From Planctomycetota bacterium (GTDB lineage: Bacteria; Planctomycetota; UBA8108; UBA1146): a stretch of DNA of 11,610 nt. The stretch spans positions 1 to 11,610 of the forward strand of contig JAYZBV010000014.1 in the NCBI GenBank assembly GCA_036338595.1, in the 5' to 3' direction. The notes below the pieces were generated by a model, which did no database searches, had not been told where the DNA came from, and saw only the letters and a list, made by a program, of their open reading frames with translations. Both the position numbers and the translations under genes were made by a program. Positions 5,580-11,610 of this stretch are shown here, piece by piece (positions within the stretch are counted from its first letter, which is position 1; each line of letters begins with the position of its first letter).

Positions 5580-6806
5580 ATGATGAGATGCTGGCTACCT
5601 ATCGTATCGATCCTGTTGCTGCTGGGAACTCCCATCGCTGCCCAGGATGAGCCGGTCCGTGGCCAGCCGACACTTCAACCCTGGGTGGGTGAGGTGAAGG
5701 GTAGTGTGGTCAATATCAGGACCGGGCCTTCGATGAATCACTTTGCATTCTTCCAGCTTCGTGGAGGTACACGTCTCATCGCGCTGGGTGGTCAAGGTGA
5801 TTGGGTCGAGGTCGCCATTCCTGCAGATCGTCCGGTATGGATCCACGGTGATTATCTGAAGCCCCAGGGAGATGCCCTGCAAGTTTCTGGTAGCCGAGTG
5901 AGAATCCGGGCCTCTGCGGGAACCAAGCATGCTCCTCTCGGGATGACCGAGTTGGGGCAGAATGTCAGGCCAACGGGCAAGGCGGATAGTGCTGGAACCT
6001 GGATCGAGGTGTATGCGCCATTGAACGCGCATGCCTGGATCCATGGTGATTACATCCGTCGCATTGAGTCCGGATTGGATCCGTTGCATCTATCAAGGCA
6101 GCACAAGGAGATGAGTAGTTTCGCAGGAACGGATGGGGGTGGGAGGACAGGTGCTATTGTCAATCCTGGTACCGACCCTGCCAATGGCGCTGACAAGGGT
6201 GAGGAATCCAGGCCACCAGTGGCCGATGAAATTCTCGATCCAAACACCGTCAAGATTCCTGCATTTGATTCTCCCAGACTGAAGAAGTTGTTTGAAGGTT
6301 TCCGCAAGGAGACCGAGAAAAACCCAGTTGAATGGAATTTTGACAGGATCCTCGAGGAGATGCGAGTGATCGAACACTCCACCGAGGATGTCGGAGAGGT
6401 GGAGGTTGTTCGAGACCTCACCCGAACCATTCAGGAACATTTCATGCCCTTACACCGCCGATTGGTTGAAATCCAACGGCAACAGGAGAAGGCCAGGTCC
6501 GAGCGAGAGCTCGCCAAGGCCAGAGAAAACGAAATTTTGCGGAAGACCGGACACCGCAGTACCGATCCTGGAGTCAAATACCAGGCTGTCGGCTGGGTTG
6601 TCCCGCTCGGGAAACACCGGGATGTCGAGGCTACACACAAGCTGATGAAGGGGAATCAACTCCTTTATCACCTCGACGGCGGCAAATTGAATCTTGATCA
6701 ATACGTGAATAAGAGAGTTGGAATCGTGGGCACTGTTGAAGAACAGAATCCCAGCGCAGGAGCCCGGCTCATACGCATCAAAAGTATCGAGGTTCTCTCG
6801 CAATAG
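5580..6806 (+). CDS. Secreted tandem bacterial SH3 (SH3b) domain protein with a helical/coiled-coil middle and C-terminal beta domain (CT017/Ctad1-like architecture)
   Basis: The ORF-track start at 5346 lies inside the promoter and is unlikely. ATG 5580/5583 gives a signal peptide MMRCWLPIVSILLLLGTPIAA|Q; TTG 5499 is an alternative start. Two SH3b repeats: VKGSVVNIRTGPS...GDWVEV...VWIHGDYL and VSGSRVRIRASAG...GTWIEV...AWIHGDYI. Coiled coil RRLVEIQRQQEKARSERELAKARE; C-terminal LNLDQYVNKRVGIVG. Confidence 0.8.
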   Translation: MMRCWLPIVSILLLLGTPIAAQDEPVRGQPTLQPWVGEVKGSVVNIRTGPSMNHFAFFQLRGGTRLIALGGQGDWVEVAIPADRPVWIHGDYLKPQGDALQVSGSRVRIRASAGTKHAPLGMTELGQNVRPTGKADSAGTWIEVYAPLNAHAWIHGDYIRRIESGLDPLHLSRQHKEMSSFAGTDGGGRTGAIVNPGTDPANGADKGEESRPPVADEILDPNTVKIPAFDSPRLKKLFEGFRKETEKNPVEWNFDRILEEMRVIEHSTEDVGEVEVVRDLTRTIQEHFMPLHRRLVEIQRQQEKARSERELAKARENEILRKTGHRSTDPGVKYQAVGWVVPLGKHRDVEATHKLMKGNQLLYHLDGGKLNLDQYVNKRVGIVGTVEEQNPSAGARLIRIKSIEVLSQ

Positions 6807-6834
6807 CCCTTCGAGGCTGCCAATCCCTGGTCTT

Positions 6835-6861
6835 TCCCCTGCAGATTCTTCTGCGGGAGGA
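6835..6861 (+). promoter_or_regulatory. Stem-loop sequestering the rny Shine-Dalgarno sequence
   Basis: TCCCCTGCAGA (6835-6845), loop TTCT, TCTGCGGGAGGA (6850-6861): 11 bp with one G-U pair and one bulged A. The 3' arm contains GGGAGG (6855-6860). Confidence 0.55.
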
Positions 6862-6866
6862 TGGAA

Positions 6867-8459
6867 GTGCAATACAGTAACTACCTGATGCTTGGATTTC
6901 TCTTGCAGGAGAATAATCCAAACGATTATCTGGTCCCCGGTGGTCTGATCCTGGCTGCCGTGGGTGCCGTCTACTTCATGATGCAACGTTCCACGACAAA
7001 GATTCAGGAACAGCGTCGGGTCTTGCTCGAGGAGGCACGGGAGGAAGCGGACCGGGTACGCAAGGAGACACGACAGGAGACCCAGGATTGGGTCAAGCAA
7101 CAACGAGCCGATGTCCAGCAGCAGCAGCGGGAGTTCAGGGAAGAGGCGAAAGAAGCCGAGAAGCAGCAGAGCAAGCGCGAGGACGGACTCGAACGCCGGA
7201 TGGCCTTGCTCGGCAAGAAAGAGACGGGTCTCCAGGCAGAAGAGACCAACCTCACCAATCGAAAAAATCGACTGGATACGCGCGAGACGGAACTGGACGA
7301 GGTGATCGACCAGGAGAGGGAAAATCTGGAGCGAATCGCCGACATGACCAGGGAAGAAGCCCGAGTTTCACTGGTCGAGAAGATGCAGCGTGATGTCGAG
7401 CACGAGGGAGACATCCTCATCCAGAGGATGGTGGAAAGAGTCAAGGAGACAGCGGATTCTCGGGCGCGGGACATCCTCGCTACCACACTTCAGCGGATCT
7501 CCTCGGGATACTGCCAGGAATCCACGGTGACCAGCATCGAGATCGCCTCGGATGACATGAAGGGGCGAATCATCGGCCGAGAAGGCCGAAACATTCGAGC
7601 CTTCGAGAAAGCAACCGGAGTGGATGTCATCGTTGACGATAGTCCGGGCGTGATCACGCTTTCCTGTTTTGATCCGATTCGCAGGGAGATGGGGGGACGA
7701 TCCCTCAACAAGTTGCTGGTGGATGGTCGAATTCACCCGAGCCGTATCGAGGAAGTGGTCGCCGAATCCAAGAAAACTCTCAACGAGGAGATTCAAAAAG
7801 CTGGCGTTCAGGTTTCTTACGATCTGGATCTTCCAGGAGTGCATCCCAAACTGGTCACGATGCTCGGGAGGCTCAAGTACAGAACATCCTACGGCCAGAA
7901 TGTGCTGTCGCACTCGGTGGAGTGCGCACAGATCTGCGGCATGATCGCAGCGGAATTCGGCCTCGACCAGGATCTTGCCAAGCGCTGTGGGTTGTTCCAT
8001 GACATCGGAAAAGCTGTGGATCACCAGTACGAGGGTGGGCACCCGGAAATCGGTGCGACCATCTTGAAGCGCTACGATGAGGCGAAGGAAGTCGTCAATG
8101 CTGCTGCCAGTCACCACAACGATGTACCCCAGGAGACCATCTATGCAGTTCTGACTCAGGCTGCTGACTCCATCAGTGGCAGTCGCCCGGGGGCTCGCGG
8201 CGAATCTCTCGACCGCTATGTCGAAAGGCTCGAGAAACTGGAAGGGTTGGTCAACTCGTTTGCCGGTGTTTCGAACGCTCAGGCAATCCAGGCAGGGCGA
8301 GAGGTGCGTGTTTTTGTGAATGCGCACAAGGTCAGTGACAAGAAGGCCGTTCGTCTCGCTCATGAGGTCGCCAAGCAAATCGAGGATCAGCTGACCTACC
8401 CGGGTGAGATCAAGGTGACGTTGATCAGGGAGACGCGAGTGGTCGAATATGCCCGCTGA
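6867..8459 (+). CDS. rny: Ribonuclease Y
   Basis: N-terminal TM anchor, long coiled coil, KH domain (MKGRIIGREGRNIRAFEKATGVDVIVDD), HD domain (YRTSYGQNVLSHS, GLFHDIGKA, AASHH, AADSISGSRPGAR) and C-terminal AIQAGREVRV...YPGEIKVTLIRETR. GTG 6867 is 6 nt from GGAGG, whereas ATG 6861 in the ORF track abuts the SD. Confidence 0.97.
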   Translation: MQYSNYLMLGFLLQENNPNDYLVPGGLILAAVGAVYFMMQRSTTKIQEQRRVLLEEAREEADRVRKETRQETQDWVKQQRADVQQQQREFREEAKEAEKQQSKREDGLERRMALLGKKETGLQAEETNLTNRKNRLDTRETELDEVIDQERENLERIADMTREEARVSLVEKMQRDVEHEGDILIQRMVERVKETADSRARDILATTLQRISSGYCQESTVTSIEIASDDMKGRIIGREGRNIRAFEKATGVDVIVDDSPGVITLSCFDPIRREMGGRSLNKLLVDGRIHPSRIEEVVAESKKTLNEEIQKAGVQVSYDLDLPGVHPKLVTMLGRLKYRTSYGQNVLSHSVECAQICGMIAAEFGLDQDLAKRCGLFHDIGKAVDHQYEGGHPEIGATILKRYDEAKEVVNAAASHHNDVPQETIYAVLTQAADSISGSRPGARGESLDRYVERLEKLEGLVNSFAGVSNAQAIQAGREVRVFVNAHKVSDKKAVRLAHEVAKQIEDQLTYPGEIKVTLIRETRVVEYAR

Positions 8460-9303
8460 TGGAAACGATACCAGAATCCTTCTGATCGGAGATATCGTCG
8501 GCAAACCTGGGCGAAGAATCGTCCAGGAGTTGCTTCCTGGGTTGCGAGAGTCCCTCGCTCTTGACATCGTCATCGCCAATGCAGAGAACTCTGCAGCAGG
8601 ATCTGGCATCACACCGAAAATATTTTCAGACCTACGGGCAGCTGGAGTCGATTTGATGACTCTTGGCGACCATGCCTGGAAACGTAAAGATAACCTGGAG
8701 GTCCTCGATAAGGAGCCGTTGTGCTTGCGTCCCCATAACTACCCTGAAGTGGCGAAGGGCACCGGATGGGCGGTGGTGGAAACGGCAGGTGGAGTCAAGG
8801 TCGCCTACATCATCGTGCTAGGACGAGTGTTCATGGAATCGGTCGCTTGCCCGTTGAGGACCGTAGATGCGGTTCTTGAGCAGATTCCTGAAGATGTGAA
8901 GATCCGAATCATCGAGTTCCATGCCGAGGCAACGAGCGAAAAACAAGCTGCAGGGTGGCATCTGGATGGACGTGCGACGGCCGTTGTTGGAACCCATACG
9001 CATGTTCTGACTGCAGATGCCCGGATCCTCACGCAGGGAACCGGATATATCTCCGACATGGGCATGACGGGCCCCTACGACGGGGTGATCGGCCGTGATT
9101 CAAAACCGGTTCTCCACAAGTTTTTGACCTCGATGCACGCTCCTTTCACGGTGGCGGAAAATAACGCCCATCTGTGTGGCGTGTTGCTTTCTGTCGATCC
9201 CGATACGGGTCGACCCACTTCCATCCGCGCCGTCGATATTGCCGAATCCGAGGACGGAAGATTCAGTCATGACGTCCTTCAAGGGCCTGATTCCAGCAAC
9301 TGA
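8449..9303 (+). CDS. ymdB: TIGR00282 / YmdB-family metallophosphoesterase (2',3'-cyclic nucleotide phosphodiesterase-like)
   Basis: Motifs IGDIVGKPGR, IANAENSAAGSGIT, TLGDH, LRPHNYP, HAEATSEK, VVGTHTHV, YISDMGMTGPYDGVIG. Overlaps the rny stop by 11 nt, the classic rny-ymdB pairing. Confidence 0.93.
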   Translation: MPADGNDTRILLIGDIVGKPGRRIVQELLPGLRESLALDIVIANAENSAAGSGITPKIFSDLRAAGVDLMTLGDHAWKRKDNLEVLDKEPLCLRPHNYPEVAKGTGWAVVETAGGVKVAYIIVLGRVFMESVACPLRTVDAVLEQIPEDVKIRIIEFHAEATSEKQAAGWHLDGRATAVVGTHTHVLTADARILTQGTGYISDMGMTGPYDGVIGRDSKPVLHKFLTSMHAPFTVAENNAHLCGVLLSVDPDTGRPTSIRAVDIAESEDGRFSHDVLQGPDSSN

Positions 9304-9363
9304 CCTACTTCTCATCCCCGAACTTCCGTTTCCTGATACCATCACAAGTTGACAGGGGGCATC

Positions 9364-9816
9364 GTGCGTGTGCTGGTTCAACGAGTTGAGGAGGCCAGGG
9401 TACTGGTGGCTGGCGAGGTTGTGGGCACCTGCGAGAGTGGCCTGTTGCTGCTGGTCGGCCTGGGAGCCGGTGACGGTCTCAGCGAGGTCGACTGGATGGC
9501 CCGCAAGGTCGCCGGGCTACGAATATTCAGTGATTCCGATGGCCAGATGAATAGAAGTATCCTCGATACTGACGGGGACATCCTGGCGGTCAGCCAGTTC
9601 ACCCTCTATGGAGACTGCCGAAAGGGTCGCCGTCCTTCCTTTGTCGAGGCTCTGAAACCTGACGAAGCCGAACCGCTCTTCGAGAGTTTCATCGACCGAT
9701 TGAGAGCCGAAGGTGTGTCACGGGTGGAAATGGGCAAATTCGGAGCAGAGATGCAGGTCCATCTGATCAACGATGGTCCAGTGACCCTGTGGATCGAGCG
9801 TGAGGCTTCTGCATGA
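9364..9816 (+). CDS. dtd: D-aminoacyl-tRNA deacylase
   Basis: GTG 9364 after AGGGGG gives MRVLVQRV. Motifs LRIFSD..G.MNRS, VSQFTLYGDCRKGRRPSF, G.FGAEMQV.LINDGPVT (Gly-Pro motif). Confidence 0.96.
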   Translation: MRVLVQRVEEARVLVAGEVVGTCESGLLLLVGLGAGDGLSEVDWMARKVAGLRIFSDSDGQMNRSILDTDGDILAVSQFTLYGDCRKGRRPSFVEALKPDEAEPLFESFIDRLRAEGVSRVEMGKFGAEMQVHLINDGPVTLWIEREASA

Positions 9817-10622
9817 GGGATCAATTCCACGATCATTACCTGGTGCTGGGAATCGATCCTGCCTGCAGCGCTGATGATGTGCGATCTGCCTTCAGGAAAC
9901 GCCTTCTGGAGGTACATCCGGACAAGACGGAACACCCGATAGATCCTCATGCGATGCGTTCGCTCCTGGATGCCTTCGAGGTCCTCAGTGATCCTGACCG
10001 GCGAGAGTCCTATGACAAGATGTGGCGATTGATTGCTGGAAAGGACCCGGACCTTTCATCGATTCCTCATGTGACCGAGAGCGAGCGACCTGCTGCACGA
10101 GTGCGCTCGATCCTGTTCTTGCTTCTGGAAGAGCGAAATGACGAAGCACTGGAGCGTTTCCAGGAGCTGGAACCAGGTGCTCGGACCTTGCTGAGGGATC
10201 ACCTCACCACGGGCGAATTTGTCGATGCATGTTTCCTGCTTGGCGAGATCGAGGAGACCAGAAAAAATTATACTGGTGCACTCGAATGGTATGAAGCTCT
10301 GATACAAGTCGAGCATGCACGCACCCAGAAGCGTCCCTGCTATCCCGAGGCGAGGGAAAGAGCTCAGCGATTGCTCCTGAGACGTACCAGGGTTCACATC
10401 GATCCCCGCGTGGGTCTGGAATTCCTGCGGCGGGCAGAACTGCTGGGACTCGATCGTACAGGACGTGCAGAGGTGGCGAAGAAACGGGCGATCTGCTACC
10501 TCGAGATGGAGATGAAGGTAGAGGCAGCCAGGCACTTCAAGGAGTCGATACGCCTTCAGCCTCGAACCAAGGGAACCGATCGTCTCCGTTCTGCGCTGGA
10601 GGGGTATCTGGATGATGAGTGA
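9813..10622 (+). CDS. J-domain (DnaJ class C) protein with C-terminal TPR-like helical repeats
   Basis: J-domain with intact HPD: DHYLVLGI...DVRSAFRKRLLEVHPDK...LLDAFEVLSDPDRRESYD. TPR-like segments ACFLLGEIEETRKNYTGALEWYE and KRAICYLEMEMKVEAARHFKESIRLQP. ATGA overlap with the dtd stop. Confidence 0.88.
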   Translation: MRDQFHDHYLVLGIDPACSADDVRSAFRKRLLEVHPDKTEHPIDPHAMRSLLDAFEVLSDPDRRESYDKMWRLIAGKDPDLSSIPHVTESERPAARVRSILFLLLEERNDEALERFQELEPGARTLLRDHLTTGEFVDACFLLGEIEETRKNYTGALEWYEALIQVEHARTQKRPCYPEARERAQRLLLRRTRVHIDPRVGLEFLRRAELLGLDRTGRAEVAKKRAICYLEMEMKVEAARHFKESIRLQPRTKGTDRLRSALEGYLDDE

Positions 10623-11610
10623 CACCGTTCATGTGGTCATTCTTGCGGGTGGCGATGGGAATCGTCTCTGGCCCTGGAGCCGCGAAGGCAGATCAAAGCA
10701 GATGTTGCCGCTGTGGCAGGGGAGTTCACCTGTCGAGGGAACGATAGAACGTTCGCTGTCGCTGGTTCCCCATGAGCGAGTTCATCTGGTTGCCAGGCGC
10801 GGTATCTTGCCCGATCTATCACCCTGCAGGTGGATCGAGGAGGCGGATGCCAGAGATACAGCTCCCGCCATCGTTCGCGCCGCAGAGAGGATCCACGACC
10901 AGGATCCATCATCCTGGATTCTGGTGTTGCCGTCGGACCATCAGGTACTGGCTGGCGACAACTTTCGCCAGACGATGCGTGAAGCCATCGATCAGGCGCT
11001 CGCTGGTCCAGACCGGATGTGGTTATTCGGATCGCCATCGACTGCGGATCGGTCCTTTGGTTTCATCGCCGCACAATCGGATTCATTTGTTTCTGGCGTC
11101 AGCCGTTTCGTAGAGAAGCCCGATCCCGGGCTTGCGCACGAGATGCACGAGATGGGGGCTCTGCATAATTGCGGCATGTTCCTGTGCAGGTCAGGATTCC
11201 TGATCGAGAAGGTAAAAGAGGTCCTGAAGGAAGAGTTGATCCCCGGGGTCGATCTCTGCGACCAGGTCCCCTCAACATCCATCGATCACTTCCTGATCTC
11301 TCGAGAGGATTTCCTACCTCACCTCGTCGTTGCGAGGATCGGATTCGATTGGGTGGACATCGGCCGCTGGCCAGCGCTTCGGCTGTGTAAACCTCTCGAT
11401 CAGCAGGGTAATCTCAAAGTGGTCGCACACCAGTTGTTGAAAAGCTACCAGACTCCTGGAGAGCCGATCCACATCCGGGCACGATCTGCTCAAATCGACA
11501 GCTGTTGTCGACGCCAGCTGGTTTTCCTCGGTACCGAGTCAGTGAAACTGGAATCGACGCCGGATCGGGTAGTCATCGATATGGCTCGGGAAGGGTCTAC
11601 CGAGAGGCCT
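10612..11610 (+). CDS. manC: Mannose-1-phosphate guanylyltransferase-like sugar-phosphate nucleotidyltransferase, truncated by the right edge
   Basis: Not in the ORF track. The frame is open from ATG 10612 (SD GGAGGGG 10598-10604, overlapping the J-protein stop) to the window end. Manual translation: HVVILAGGDGNRLWPWSR...KQML, RDTAPAI, VLPSDH, RFVEKPD, NCGMF, SIDH, FDWVDIGRW, DQQGN. Confidence 0.82.
   Translation, partial: MMSDTVHVVILAGGDGNRLWPWSREGRSKQMLPLWQGSSPVEGTIERSLSLVPHERVHLVARRGILPDLSPCRWIEEADARDTAPAIVRAAERIHDQDPSSWILVLPSDHQVLAGDNFRQTMREAIDQALAGPDRMWLFGSPSTADRSFGFIAAQSDSFVSGVSRFVEKPDPGLAHEMHEMGALHNCGMFLCRSGFLIEKVKEVLKEELIPGVDLCDQVPSTSIDHFLISREDFLPHLVVARIGFDWVDIGRWPALRLCKPLDQQGNLKVVAHQLLKSYQTPGEPIHIRARSAQIDSCCRRQLVFLGTESVKLESTPDRVVIDMAREGSTERP

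Noticed and set aside
7368..8612. 414-aa antisense ORF opposite rny
   Set aside because: It is almost entirely antisense to a highly conserved gene and has no recognisable motifs; a typical shadow ORF from codon bias in GC-rich DNA.
9349..9378. TTGACA upstream of dtd as an internal promoter, or TTG 9349 as the dtd start
   Set aside because: There is no -10 element at 16-18 nt spacing. GTG 9364 has an SD and gives the canonical MRxxxQRV N-terminus.

Overview
This is a bacterial chromosomal window with no mobile elements, CRISPR or tRNA/rRNA. The protein families suggest the PVC superphylum, probably Planctomycetota; this is inference only. Left to right: the 5' part of a uridine phosphorylase-like gene (minus strand, absent from the ORF track), a secreted HEAT-repeat + VWA protein with a terminator, a convergent secreted NPCBM/NEW2 protein, and a SPOR-domain membrane protein followed by a DUF89/ARMT1-like protein with degenerate catalytic motifs. 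A near-consensus sigma70 promoter then precedes a probable 6S RNA and a tightly packed run of a tandem-SH3b protein (architecture resembling chlamydial CT017/Ctad1), rny, a ymdB-like phosphoesterase, dtd, a J-domain/TPR protein and a truncated ManC-like nucleotidyltransferase (also absent from the ORF track). The most notable signals are the unannotated 6S-like RNA, which carries an internal in-frame SD/TTG and an alternative hairpin; a hairpin occluding the rny ribosome-binding site; the Ctad1-like gene in the slot usually held by ygfA; and the candidate DUF89 pseudo-enzyme. All family calls come from motif recognition by eye, not database searches.
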